From assembly GCA_964618805.1 (NCBI GenBank), contig CAZUBM010000008.1, positions 1-64,000 on the forward strand: 64,000 nucleotides of DNA, given 5' to 3'. The notes beneath the pieces are model-generated. The model was not told the origin of the DNA. It made no database searches and saw nothing but the letters and a program-made list of their open reading frames with translations. The translations under genes and the position numbers were made by a program. Shown in pieces: positions 9,593 through 19,434 of the stretch. Position 1 is the stretch's first letter; the number at the start of each line of letters is the position of its first letter. The DNA is from an uncultured Nitrososphaerota archaeon. GTDB taxonomy: Archaea; Korarchaeota; Korarchaeia; Korarchaeales; Korarchaeaceae.

Positions 9593-10857
9593 GGCTCGGT
9601 CAGACCCCTCCTTCCAATTTGTATGCCATCCCTATTGAACTTTAGGTATCCAAACTCTATACACTCAAATTTACCCGAATAATTGGTATAAACCTCTAAA
9701 ATTCCTTGATCAGGCCTGAAATTCTCTATTATTCCAATAGTACAACAAAAACCAAAGTTATCCAAAAATCCTAAGTATAAGCCCTTATATCCCTTTTTTA
9801 TAGCAACTCTTACAGGCTTCCCCCTTATAACAAGGCTCTTTTGAACTTTAGATGAATTCAAAAGACAAAGTATAACATCTGGAGCCTCTTCTGCATATAT
9901 TATTGCTTTATTAAGCAATTTCTCAAGCTCCTGATTGAGTTCGGGATCATGAGAGCCTGAAAAGAATAAAGTGTTTACAAGCCTGGTTTCATGGATATTT
10001 ATCTTAATGCTTTTAGCCCCATTCAAGTATCTTCTTATATTGCTTTGCCTGAAAAGCACCCTATATGGGTGATTTTTCCTTCTTATACTCTTAGCAACCG
10101 GCATTTTAATTATTTCAGAGTTCTTTGGAACCAACTTCACTATGTGCTCTGATTCATTTCCTCTCTGCAGTACCACAATTTTGCTCGGTTCTGTGGCCAA
10201 AATTTTGAACCTCTTTAAAATTCTTGCAGGTCCAGAGTGGATGTATCCGGTTGTGTTTATCAATATGACATCAGCTCCTTCCGATTTTGCAACATCAAGC
10301 AACTTTCTGGTCCCTATAACCATTGGAAGTAGGTGTCCTCTTGGAGTATTATCTCCTACAAAGAAGAGTCTATCTGGATCAACTAGGGATGGGTGGATTA
10401 TCGACTTCCTTATTAACAAGAGACCTATCGTTCCAACTGGTCCAATATCTGACTGGCCTACATCAGCGTCTATAAGACCTACTTTTAGATCCCTGGACGC
10501 CAATCTATTTGCAAGAAATACAAATAATCCGCTTTTGCCTACATCTATGCCTCCGAGTAGCATTACCGTATCTCCAGACTTAATTCTAGCAGCTAACTCC
10601 TCCCACTCCTTTGGAATTATATCTGGAATTTCCATTGGCCTGGAGGGAGCCCATATCTCCAAATCACTTGTCTCAAAAGCTCTTATTAGAACTGGAATTC
10701 CTCTCTCGTAGATTTCTAAGGAGTCGATTTCTGAGCCCCAACACTCAATCTTACCCCTTTTTCTCATTAGTCTTAAGGGACTTAGAAGCAAAAAGCCACA
10801 ATGTGGCTTTAGGATGCACTCAAATCTATGCAAGCCAAGAGTAATGTCATGAGCCAT
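9589..10857 (-). CDS. Clp1/Grc3-family polynucleotide 5'-hydroxyl kinase
   Basis: GGIDVGKS P-loop, DADVGQSDIGP, INTTGY, RxxxR-like lid region; start codon uncertain. Confidence 0.85.
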   Translation of the reverse strand: MAHDITLGLHRFECILKPHCGFLLLSPLRLMRKRGKIECWGSEIDSLEIYERGIPVLIRAFETSDLEIWAPSRPMEIPDIIPKEWEELAARIKSGDTVMLLGGIDVGKSGLFVFLANRLASRDLKVGLIDADVGQSDIGPVGTIGLLLIRKSIIHPSLVDPDRLFFVGDNTPRGHLLPMVIGTRKLLDVAKSEGADVILINTTGYIHSGPARILKRFKILATEPSKIVVLQRGNESEHIVKLVPKNSEIIKMPVAKSIRRKNHPYRVLFRQSNIRRYLNGAKSIKINIHETRLVNTLFFSGSHDPELNQELEKLLNKAIIYAEEAPDVILCLLNSSKVQKSLVIRGKPVRVAIKKGYKGLYLGFLDNFGFCCTIGIIENFRPDQGILEVYTNYSGKFECIEFGYLKFNRDGIQIGRRGLTEP

Positions 10858-10987
10858 TCAAGGGGATTTTTCAACTGATATCTTAAATTATTACGTGTAC
10901 CCGATCGAATTGGAGATAATTAAGGGAGTAGATCTCCAACTTTAACAGTTAAATTATGAAAGAAATTCTAATGGAGAGGTTGTTGGC

Positions 10988-12205
10988 TTGAGACAAGTTG
11001 GACGAGGAGCCACGGCTGCTTCAGAAAAGGGCAACTTAGTTGCAATTTATCACATTGACGCGGATATTTCAGTTAGAAGGGTTGCCAATTTCATTTCTTC
11101 CATACAAAAAAGGGAAGGCGGTGAACAGATAGGCAGCTTGATTTTCAAAACAAAGGTATCAATCATAGATGAGGAAAATTCCCTGTTAGGCATAGAATAT
11201 CCACCCGAGCTCTTCGACCTAGAATCGGGTGGTTTCTCTCAGTTGATTTCAACCATTGCTACTAACTTTTTTGACATTGTTAGGGTAGGCAAGATAGAGC
11301 TTGTGGATATATCTCTTCCAAAAGAGTTCCTAACTTATTTTCCAGGACCTAGGTTGGGAATTGAGGGAGTAAAAAGGCTATTGGCATCTAAAGGGCCTCT
11401 CCTTGGGGTTATAATGAGGACAACACCAGGAATCCTCCCAGCCGCTCAAGCAAGAACATTCTATGATATTGCTCTCTCTGGAATTGACATAGGCGTAGAC
11501 CCTCAATACCTAACGAACCAAGATTTTAGTCCCATAGAAGCAAGAACCTCACATTTCGCCGACATGATAGATAGGGTGAGGGGAGAGACTGGTAGGAAAA
11601 TAATGTATGCCATTAACATAACGTCAAGGTCGGATATGATATTAGAACTTGCGGAGAGATCAGTTGAAAACGGTGCAACTGCTTTAGAAGTTGATATTTC
11701 TAGCACTGGTTTTTCTGCGCTCGAAATGCTGGTAAGGGAGGGGGGATTTGAAGTTCCAATTTATGTAACTGGCGTCAGTAAAACATCTTTTATCACATCA
11801 AAGGGATCGATCTCGAGAAAAGTAGCTGCACTTATTTTAAGGTTACTAGGAGGAGATCTTATTGTCAGAGACTCTATCTCAAGGGGAAGTAAGAATATCG
11901 AAGAGTTAAAAGGTATTGATGAGGTTCTGAAGAGAAAAATGGATGATATTCTTCCAGCAATGCCGGTAGCTTGTAGAGGAATCTTCCCTGGGAGCTTAGA
12001 GGCAAACATACTTACATTCGGTCAAGATCAGGTTTTAATGGCAGATGAGGCAATCTTTTTCCATCCTTGGGGGATAAAAGCTGGTGCTAAGGCCCTAAGA
12101 GAAGCTATGGATGCAATAATGAGAGGAGAAGGCGTTCTAATGGCTGCACAAACCTCTGATGAAATTAAACAAGCAATTGAAAAGTGGGGATATGGCCCAG
12201 TTTAG
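10988..12205 (+). CDS. Degenerate RuBisCO large-subunit homolog (form III-like scaffold, catalytic residues lost)
   Basis: YPPELFD, FPGPRLGIEGV, ETGRKIMYAINIT, RLLGGD, HPWGIKAGAKALREA and AIEKWGYGPV align to form III RbcL, but KPKxG>RTTPG, KDDE>VDPQ (11495-11506), HxHRA>YVTGV, SGG>CRG, GGG>ADE. Confidence 0.85.
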   Translation: MRQVGRGATAASEKGNLVAIYHIDADISVRRVANFISSIQKREGGEQIGSLIFKTKVSIIDEENSLLGIEYPPELFDLESGGFSQLISTIATNFFDIVRVGKIELVDISLPKEFLTYFPGPRLGIEGVKRLLASKGPLLGVIMRTTPGILPAAQARTFYDIALSGIDIGVDPQYLTNQDFSPIEARTSHFADMIDRVRGETGRKIMYAINITSRSDMILELAERSVENGATALEVDISSTGFSALEMLVREGGFEVPIYVTGVSKTSFITSKGSISRKVAALILRLLGGDLIVRDSISRGSKNIEELKGIDEVLKRKMDDILPAMPVACRGIFPGSLEANILTFGQDQVLMADEAIFFHPWGIKAGAKALREAMDAIMRGEGVLMAAQTSDEIKQAIEKWGYGPV

Positions 12206-12229
12206 TGTGTTAGCTTATCTTCTGGTATT

Positions 12230-13240
12230 TTAGTTGATATCTGAAAGGGGCATTACTTGAACTCCTCTAAGGAAATCAGGAAGCGGTGCCTTTGTAAACC
12301 AACCATATTCTTCTCTCAGTACCAAAATCGATGCTTGAGGGGGTATTGCACCCTTTTCTGTGAATATTATGTCGATATAGGCAGCAGGTGTCACATCAAA
12401 GGCTGGGTTTAGGACCTCGATGCCAGGGTTCTTTTTCAGGAAAGCCCGATCCACAATCTCTGTTGGATCCCTGAACTCTATTGTTATTAAACCCCCTAAC
12501 ATGCTTTCTGGAGAGAATTTACATGTCTCTGCTGCAACAAAGAAGTTTACCCTTGCTTCGTGCGCAGCAAGTGCGATCATTGAGGTCCCGATCTTATTAA
12601 CTACGGCTCCGTTCGCTGCTACAGCATCTGCTCCTACTATAACCTTATCCACATCTTGCATGAAAAACCTAGCAGCAGAATCAACTATCATCTTTACAGG
12701 AATTCCATAGCTTGCCAGAATAGAAGCAGTTATTCTGCCTTGGTACCTTGGCCTAGTCTCTGTTGAAAACACTGTAAATCTTTTTCCTTCATCCCAAGCT
12801 CTCTTTAGAACAGCTACTGCTGTAGAGCTGTGACAATGAGTCATTACAACATCTCCGTCCTCTATCCTCATCGATCCGAACTCTGCTATCTTGTTTATGG
12901 CCTCTAGAGAGTTTCTGATAAATTCTTCAGAGGCCTTGATCACATCTCTTTTGATTTCCTTAAGAGAGGCTCCCTTCTCATAGGCAGAATAACATCGTAT
13001 CATGACATATCTAAGGGCATTTGGCAAGGAAACGGCAGTAGGTCTCGTTTCATATAGTATTTTAGCTGCCTTAGTCAATTCATCCACAAATTCCTCCTCA
13101 GTTGAAGCAGCAGACTTTTGAGCAATTATTTTCAAAGCCTCAGCAGTGCTCCTAGCTATTTTACCAGCTCCCCTAATCGTCATAGATCTAATTCCTTCGG
13201 CAATGTCATAAACTTCTTGTGGGAGTTTCAAATCAAACAC
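12230..13240 (-). CDS. e2b2: Ribose-1,5-bisphosphate isomerase (eIF2B-related family)
   Basis: [22 protein letters not shown] (catalytic Cys), TETRP, GADAV (catalytic Asp), [13 protein letters not shown]. The real start is likely GTG 13240 or TTG 13231; the ORF-track extension to 13429 overlaps crenactin. Confidence 0.9.
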   Translation of the reverse strand: MFDLKLPQEVYDIAEGIRSMTIRGAGKIARSTAEALKIIAQKSAASTEEEFVDELTKAAKILYETRPTAVSLPNALRYVMIRCYSAYEKGASLKEIKRDVIKASEEFIRNSLEAINKIAEFGSMRIEDGDVVMTHCHSSTAVAVLKRAWDEGKRFTVFSTETRPRYQGRITASILASYGIPVKMIVDSAARFFMQDVDKVIVGADAVAANGAVVNKIGTSMIALAAHEARVNFFVAAETCKFSPESMLGGLITIEFRDPTEIVDRAFLKKNPGIEVLNPAFDVTPAAYIDIIFTEKGAIPPQASILVLREEYGWFTKAPLPDFLRGVQVMPLSDIN

Positions 13241-13292
13241 CGACGTTACTATATGCTGAAAAGGACTTTTAACCTTATTGCGGTGGCCAATC

Positions 13293-14555
13293 CTAGAAGA
13301 AGTACCATCCTTCCATTTGTCTCCAGTCCCATCTGTAATCTTCAGCCAAGTAATAACCGTAGACGATTGCACCCCTCCAAACGCTATACTGGGGTTCGCT
13401 GACCATTTTTGGTTCTGATGCAATTCCATGTCTCTCTAGGAGGAGCTTTATCTTTGTAGATGAATCAACAGCTATGTTTTCCAATCCAGGAGGAACTTTC
13501 CAATAGAAGGCTCCTCCTGATAGGATCACCCTCCTGAGGAGTTGTGGCTGGATCTCAACCGGAGTTCTTGACACCGAGATCCTTATCGCCTCACCTAAAT
13601 CAACGTCACCTCTAATTACCTCTCCCGCAACTAATGTGTCTTTAGGAGGGGAAAAGCCACGAGAATAATAGCTCTCAAAGATCTCATGTTTTGGATTGAA
13701 GTAAAATTCTCCTATTAAGAACCTGAGCCAACCTTTATCCTCCATTTCTATCTTTACTGTTGTTTGAGGGATCTGAAAACTTGATGCTAAAGCACCTGTA
13801 TTTTCCTTTGCCCAAGAGACGGCCTTATCCAAATCTCTTGGTACAAGACCAGCAACCTCTTTAAACAGCCTGACAAATTTTTCCTCCTTTGCCAGATCAG
13901 AATATCCTAGATCCTTTAAGATCTGAGCAGAAATCCTGTCAGAATCAGAACCGCCCCTGTTAAGTGGGATTAGGGCCCCGCTAATTACATCTTTGCTAAT
14001 CGGAGTGATCTGTGTGTTTCCATGGCCTGCTTCTAAAACGGTGCAAACAGTAGCTTTCTCAGCAATTGCTACAGCCAATGGCTGAGGTATGATGGTTAAT
14101 GCTTTGACCAAACGCCCCTCCTCCTTATTTACCTCCTCATGAAGTTGAAAGAACTTCTCATACATGTAGGTGGGCGCCTGAGCAGCTAAAGCGGTGACGG
14201 CATAGAAGCCATCAAAGCTGCTTGTCCTCTCTGGTGCGTATTTCAAGAGAGAATATCTCAAAAGCTCTTTAGCCGCCTTCCAACCTCTCTCATCTTTTCT
14301 CTCTATGATCCCATTTCTCATCGGATAAACAAGTCTGCTTAAATCAGCTTTGGACTCCAGGTACTCTATCACTTCTGGACCAACTACTACCTCCTTGGCA
14401 GCATACCCTCTTATTCTCTCAACAGCCTTCGATATCTTAGGAAAGTACGCCCTGTTTTCGATCATATCGGGGATCTTCCCGATCCAAATGGGACCAAACT
14501 TATAGAAAGCCGTCCCAAAATCCTCTCCAAAGACAGGTCGGCCTATTTCTTCCAA
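13293..14555 (-). CDS. Crenactin (archaeal actin homolog)
   Basis: [13 protein letters not shown] (phosphate 1), [30 protein letters not shown] (phosphate 2), [25 protein letters not shown]. Confidence 0.88.
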   Translation of the reverse strand: MEEIGRPVFGEDFGTAFYKFGPIWIGKIPDMIENRAYFPKISKAVERIRGYAAKEVVVGPEVIEYLESKADLSRLVYPMRNGIIERKDERGWKAAKELLRYSLLKYAPERTSSFDGFYAVTALAAQAPTYMYEKFFQLHEEVNKEEGRLVKALTIIPQPLAVAIAEKATVCTVLEAGHGNTQITPISKDVISGALIPLNRGGSDSDRISAQILKDLGYSDLAKEEKFVRLFKEVAGLVPRDLDKAVSWAKENTGALASSFQIPQTTVKIEMEDKGWLRFLIGEFYFNPKHEIFESYYSRGFSPPKDTLVAGEVIRGDVDLGEAIRISVSRTPVEIQPQLLRRVILSGGAFYWKVPPGLENIAVDSSTKIKLLLERHGIASEPKMVSEPQYSVWRGAIVYGYYLAEDYRWDWRQMEGWYFF

Positions 14556-14566
14556 AACAACCCCTC

Positions 14567-15184
14567 CTATACTATAACCCGAAGGGGAACGATCTTTAAC
14601 AGATCCTCATAATCCAAAACATCTGATGGAGAGACCTTTCCAGTCTCTATATCTAGATCCACACCCTCTCTTAATAAGAGATTGCCCTTTATTAGCTGAC
14701 CGTAAGAATAACCTCCCAAACTCATATCGCTCTTAATTACTCTATGACAGGGAATTATCAAAGGGAAGGGGTTTGAGGCCATGTAACCTCCTACTGCCCT
14801 AGGATGCATTCTAAGAAGAGTTCCAAGGGCTCTGTACGTTGTTACTTTACCTCTAGGAATGCTCTTAACCGTCTTGAGAAGCAAACCTCTTCTTCCTGAA
14901 ACAGGGTATAGTCTGACAACGTCAGTTCGTAGAGGAACTTGCCCTTCAAAGAGATCAACTATAAGCTCGGAGATTTCCTGATCTTTTCGGCTAACATCAT
15001 AGTCAAGACGCAGAACTATTCTTCCTCTACTCTTCAAGCAAGTTTCATGAAGATCTGAGAGTGCAAACCTTCTCGTCTTCAGTGGTATGGTGTTACAAAG
15101 CAAAGATCCTCCAATAAAAGCGAGACCTACATGGTAATCATCGACTTCAACTACGGTTGCCCTAGCAATAACGTGTTCTTTCAA
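14567..15184 (-). CDS. ogt: Methylated-DNA--protein-cysteine methyltransferase
   Basis: IPRGKVTTY, PRAVG, NPFPLIIPCHRV active site, LGGY. Start placed at TTG 15184 because the ORF-track start overlaps rtcA. Confidence 0.85.
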   Translation of the reverse strand: MKEHVIARATVVEVDDYHVGLAFIGGSLLCNTIPLKTRRFALSDLHETCLKSRGRIVLRLDYDVSRKDQEISELIVDLFEGQVPLRTDVVRLYPVSGRRGLLLKTVKSIPRGKVTTYRALGTLLRMHPRAVGGYMASNPFPLIIPCHRVIKSDMSLGGYSYGQLIKGNLLLREGVDLDIETGKVSPSDVLDYEDLLKIVPLRVIV

Positions 15185-15251
15185 GGTACCTTCTTCAGAG
15201 GAAACCAAGAAATCATATTTAAAGTGAATTCTCAATAAACCTTGAGTAATT

Positions 15252-16301
15252 ATGAAGGCCATCGTAATAGACGGAAGCTACGGAGAAGGAGGAGGATCGA
15301 TTTTCAGATATGCCTTAGCCCTATCCTCCGTTACCTTGAAGCCTGTAGAAATCCATAATATCAGAGCAAAGAGAAGTAATCCAGGACTTAGACCCCAACA
15401 TCTGACCGCTGCCAAGATATTAGCTGATATGACTGAGGCAGAATTTGAAGGATTGAACATAGGATCCACTAAAGTACGTTTTGAACCCAAAAAAAGGAAA
15501 GGAGGAAAATTTGTCTTTGATGTAGAGACTGCTGGAAGCATATCCCTCATAATACAGGCTGTTCTACCAGTTGCATTGTTTGCGGACAGAGAATCGATTA
15601 TTGAGCTCAGAGGGGGCACAGATGTCAGATTTGCGCCTCCAATCGATTACATGAAGAACGTATTTGTCAAGAACCTATCCCTTATAGGGGTTGAAAACGT
15701 GGAAATAAGTGTAAGGAGGAGAGGGCATTACCCTAGGGGCGGAGGATTGGTAACGCTCAAGGTTAAACCTATTAATAGAATATCTACGCTTAACAGAGAG
15801 CTTAGGGGACCTGTTTCTAAGATATTAGGTGTAGCACATGCTGTAAAGCTGCCCAGACATGTTGTAAAGCGAATAATCTCATCTACAAAGGAGGTTCTTC
15901 AACAATATGGATATAAAAAGATCGAAATAACAGAAGAATGGTCTTATAATGGACATTTGGGGCCAGGAGCTGGTATAACCGTATTTGCTGATACAGAAAC
16001 GATCTTAGGAGCAGACTCTCTTGGAGAGAGAGGAAAACCAAGCGAACAAGTTGGCAAAGAAGCTGCAAAACGTCTAATTCATGAACTAGAAACGAAAATG
16101 GCCTTTGACACTCACATGGGAGATATGATAGTTCCTTATTTGGCCTTGGCCAGGGGTTCATCCCTTATAGGAGTGAGTAAATATACCCTTCACACGGAGT
16201 CTAACTTATGGCTGGCTAAACAAATATTGAATGCCAGCTATGAAGTAATCAAAAATAAGGATGACTCTGCTAAGATTTCTATCAGAGGAATCGGTATTTG
16301 A
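15252..16301 (+). CDS. rtcA: RNA 3'-terminal phosphate cyclase
   Basis: DGSYGEGGG, IRAKRSNPGLRPQH, GGTDV, RGHYPRGGG, DTHMGD (His nucleophile), HTESN. Confidence 0.93.
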   Translation: MKAIVIDGSYGEGGGSIFRYALALSSVTLKPVEIHNIRAKRSNPGLRPQHLTAAKILADMTEAEFEGLNIGSTKVRFEPKKRKGGKFVFDVETAGSISLIIQAVLPVALFADRESIIELRGGTDVRFAPPIDYMKNVFVKNLSLIGVENVEISVRRRGHYPRGGGLVTLKVKPINRISTLNRELRGPVSKILGVAHAVKLPRHVVKRIISSTKEVLQQYGYKKIEITEEWSYNGHLGPGAGITVFADTETILGADSLGERGKPSEQVGKEAAKRLIHELETKMAFDTHMGDMIVPYLALARGSSLIGVSKYTLHTESNLWLAKQILNASYEVIKNKDDSAKISIRGIGI

Positions 16302-18040
16302 GGGGTTTTAGATTGTTTAATGAGGATGTTGAGAGAGGGATAGAGCGTCTTGCTCAAAGAACAGGGCTTAGTCCAGAGGAGATAAGATCTAGAATCATAA
16401 AGAAGATGGAAGAGATGCAAGGCCTTCTAAAACCCGATGGAGCGCTTTACATCATTGCAGCAGAATTGGGAGCAGAGATCGAATCCTCCTTTGAGGAGAA
16501 AGGGGGAGAAATCACGATAGAAAAACTGGTTCCTGGTATGAGATATGTTCACATTAAGGGTAGGATAATCAGGATGTACGGTCCCATATCCTACAGAAGG
16601 AGGGATGGAACTGAAGGAGAGAGGGCAGAGTTCAAGCTCTCCGATGGAACTGGAGTTGTAGACGTTGTGATTTGGAGTAAGAGCCTTATCAATCTGATAA
16701 AGGAAGGGAAGATAAAGGAAGGGGATGTTGTTGAGATCGATGGGGCTAGGACCTCTTTACGTTTAGGGAGGCTTGCTTTAAACCTCGATTCCTCGAGATG
16801 TACGATAAAGGTCATTGAGGGGGCTTTCCCAGAATTTCCTGAACCTGAATTCGAAGTTTTTGAGATTTCGGATTTAAGTCCAGAATTCAACGAGGTTGAC
16901 GTTCGTGGAATTGTTTCAATGTTATTCCCCGTTAGGGAGTTTTCTAGAGAAGATGGAACTAAGGGTCAGATGAGCGGTCTTATACTAAGGGATAGAAGTA
17001 CAGATGACGAAATAAGGGTGGTACTATGGGGCTCCATTTCAAATCTAGTCAATGACTTAAATGTAGGGGATTCTGTGCTTATTAGGGCAGCAAGAGTAAA
17101 ACCTAGCAGAAATGGCTGGATCGAGCTTCATTTGGATGCTAGAAGCAAAATAATAGTAGAAAAAAGGTCAACTGAACTTACTCCTATTCCAGAGGAGATT
17201 GTTGGCAGGATACTGTACGCATTCAAGCCTGTTCACTACAAATCTAAAGAAGGATTAGTAACTTTGAGGGATTGCATCTTAGAGGTAGATGGTAAGCTTA
17301 AGCTATGCAGATTGTGGGAACCCAGGTCGCAAGAGATCGATGGAGTAAAGCTTCCGGCTTTGGTAAAGCTTGAGAGGCCATACATAAGAAAGGAGGGATT
17401 TAGAGAGATAATTAACGTAGGAAAGCTGGGGAAATGTATTATCTTAGAGGAGGAGTCTGGAGAAATCCCTAGAGATATAGAGAAGATAGCAAGGAAGATA
17501 AAGTATCCGAGAGTTTGGTTGGATGAGTCTGGGGAGGGCTTTAGAGAAGTTAGAGGGACGATAATTAGAGTCGATCCCTCAGCATCCATCTCTTGGTGGT
17601 GCAAAAAGTGCGGACAGAGAGTTTCTAAGGATTTTGGAAGGTTCATATGCGAGAACTGTGGAGAGGTGGAGGAAGCTGAACCTGTTTTAGCATTTTCAAT
17701 TTATGTAGACGATAGCACGGGTGTTCTAAGGGCTACATTCTTTAGAGATGTTGCTGAGAGGATAATAGGGAAAAATCTACAAGAAATCTTAGAGGAGATA
17801 GATGAGAAAGGCTATGAAGAGGATACTTACATGCTAGAGGAACTCGAATCTAGGTTGCTGGGGAAGACCGTAATCCTTAGGGGGAGAATTTCCTATGTTG
17901 AAGATAAAGGCCTTTGGAGAATGGTAGTAGATGAAATGGAATTCGCTGAGCCCTTAGAAGAAGCTACTATCTTGGAAGATGAGCTAAAATCAAAATATCT
18001 AGCGGAAATTAGGAGCAAATTGGAAGATCCACTTCCTTAA
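16298..18040 (+). CDS. Replication protein A large-subunit-like ssDNA-binding protein (multiple OB folds plus Zn finger)
   Basis: Repeated OB motifs (SDGTG..VVIW, IRVVLW, DDSTG..RATFF), CKKC...CENC zinc finger, N-terminal helical domain (DGALYIIAAELG). Confidence 0.8.
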   Translation: MRGFRLFNEDVERGIERLAQRTGLSPEEIRSRIIKKMEEMQGLLKPDGALYIIAAELGAEIESSFEEKGGEITIEKLVPGMRYVHIKGRIIRMYGPISYRRRDGTEGERAEFKLSDGTGVVDVVIWSKSLINLIKEGKIKEGDVVEIDGARTSLRLGRLALNLDSSRCTIKVIEGAFPEFPEPEFEVFEISDLSPEFNEVDVRGIVSMLFPVREFSREDGTKGQMSGLILRDRSTDDEIRVVLWGSISNLVNDLNVGDSVLIRAARVKPSRNGWIELHLDARSKIIVEKRSTELTPIPEEIVGRILYAFKPVHYKSKEGLVTLRDCILEVDGKLKLCRLWEPRSQEIDGVKLPALVKLERPYIRKEGFREIINVGKLGKCIILEEESGEIPRDIEKIARKIKYPRVWLDESGEGFREVRGTIIRVDPSASISWWCKKCGQRVSKDFGRFICENCGEVEEAEPVLAFSIYVDDSTGVLRATFFRDVAERIIGKNLQEILEEIDEKGYEEDTYMLEELESRLLGKTVILRGRISYVEDKGLWRMVVDEMEFAEPLEEATILEDELKSKYLAEIRSKLEDPLP

Positions 18041-19329
18041 GGAATGGTCCTAGTCGGGGTTCTTGGAAAACCAACCGCGTCTCTAATATGTCTTATTCCA
18101 GCAATCCATGCAACGGTCCTTTCGACGCCCAACCCAAATCCAGAGTGAGGAACGCTGCCGTACTTACGCAGGTCTAAGTACCAAGTATATCTGCTAGGAT
18201 CAAGCCCGAATTCCTTTATCCTTTCAAGAAGTAAATTGTAATCATGGATCCTTTGACCTCCTCCAATTATCTCTCCCCTTCCTTCTGGAGCAAGCAAATC
18301 GGCACATAATAAGACTTCTGGCCTTTTAGGATCTGGCATGTGATAAAAAGCCCTAGCCTGTCTAGGATATCTGTGAACGAAGAAAGGAGTCTCGAATTCC
18401 ATTGATATCATCCTTTCTGAAGGGGTGTCAAGATCATCGCCCCAACTAAGCTTAGATCCCTTCTTTTGAGCGATTTCAAGGGCCTCATCATACGATATCC
18501 TTGGAAATCTTCCTTCAGGAGGCTCAAATTTTCTCTTTAAGTACTCTAGCTCTTCAGATCTACGCTCTACAATCTTTTCAGTCACGTATTTTACTAAGGC
18601 CTCCACGACATCCATCATGTCGTCAAGATCGGCCCACGCCATCTCAGCCTCGGCGTGCCAAAATTCCGTAAGATGACGCCATGTTCTAGATTTTTCGGCC
18701 CTAAAGCTAGGTTGTATCGTGTATACCTTCTCAAAAGCCGTTATAAATGCCTCTAAGTACAACTGGGAGCTTTGGGTAAGGTAAACCTTCTTCCCAAAAT
18801 AGTCTAACTCAAAAAGGGTCGCTCCTCCTTCAACAACCTGCTCTATTATCGTTGGAGCTTCGGTTTCGATAAATCCGTTCTTATAGAACCATTCATGCAT
18901 GGCTTTAATTGCCTCAGCCCTTATCTTTAGGATTGCTTGAAGTCTCCTGCTTCTAAGGTATAGATGCCTGTGATCTAGGAGAAACTCTGGTCCTTCTCTT
19001 CCCTTTATCGGAAAATCATCAGAGGATCCTATGAGTTCCAATTCTTCTAGCACTAATTCGATCCCTCCAGGTGCCCTGGGATCCTGTCTAACGACTCCCT
19101 TCGCCTTTATAGAGGATTCTATTCCAGCTCTTTTTGCGGTCTGAAAGGTCTTCTCACTGCACTCACCCTCTTTAGCGACCATTTGAAGGATGCCCGTAGA
19201 ATCTCTTAGCACTATGAACTGCACGGATCCGAGATCCCTCTTCCTATAAACCCATCCAGCAACAACAACTCTCTGACCCTGGAGATCTTGGGTTATCTCC
19301 GAGATGTAGTGGGTCTTCCCGAACCTCAA
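18037..19329 (-). CDS. asnS: Asparaginyl-tRNA synthetase
   Basis: GWVYRKR OB domain, EGGATLF, LTQSSQLY, FRAEKSRTWRHLTEFWHAEAE, EIIGGGQR, PHSGFGLGVER. Confidence 0.9.
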   Translation of the reverse strand: MRFGKTHYISEITQDLQGQRVVVAGWVYRKRDLGSVQFIVLRDSTGILQMVAKEGECSEKTFQTAKRAGIESSIKAKGVVRQDPRAPGGIELVLEELELIGSSDDFPIKGREGPEFLLDHRHLYLRSRRLQAILKIRAEAIKAMHEWFYKNGFIETEAPTIIEQVVEGGATLFELDYFGKKVYLTQSSQLYLEAFITAFEKVYTIQPSFRAEKSRTWRHLTEFWHAEAEMAWADLDDMMDVVEALVKYVTEKIVERRSEELEYLKRKFEPPEGRFPRISYDEALEIAQKKGSKLSWGDDLDTPSERMISMEFETPFFVHRYPRQARAFYHMPDPKRPEVLLCADLLAPEGRGEIIGGGQRIHDYNLLLERIKEFGLDPSRYTWYLDLRKYGSVPHSGFGLGVERTVAWIAGIRHIRDAVGFPRTPTRTIP

Positions 19330-19434
19330 ATCAATCCCTCTTCAGTTCAATCATAACTTCGAACTCTACTGGACTTCAAGTAGGGATTTAATTTTTCAGT
19401 AAAAATTACATCCTCGGTTTGGAGGAATACAAAA

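Noticed and set aside
13241-13429. N-terminal extension of R15P isomerase in the ORF track
   Set aside because: It overlaps the crenactin 3' end in another frame; family similarity starts at about LPQEV.
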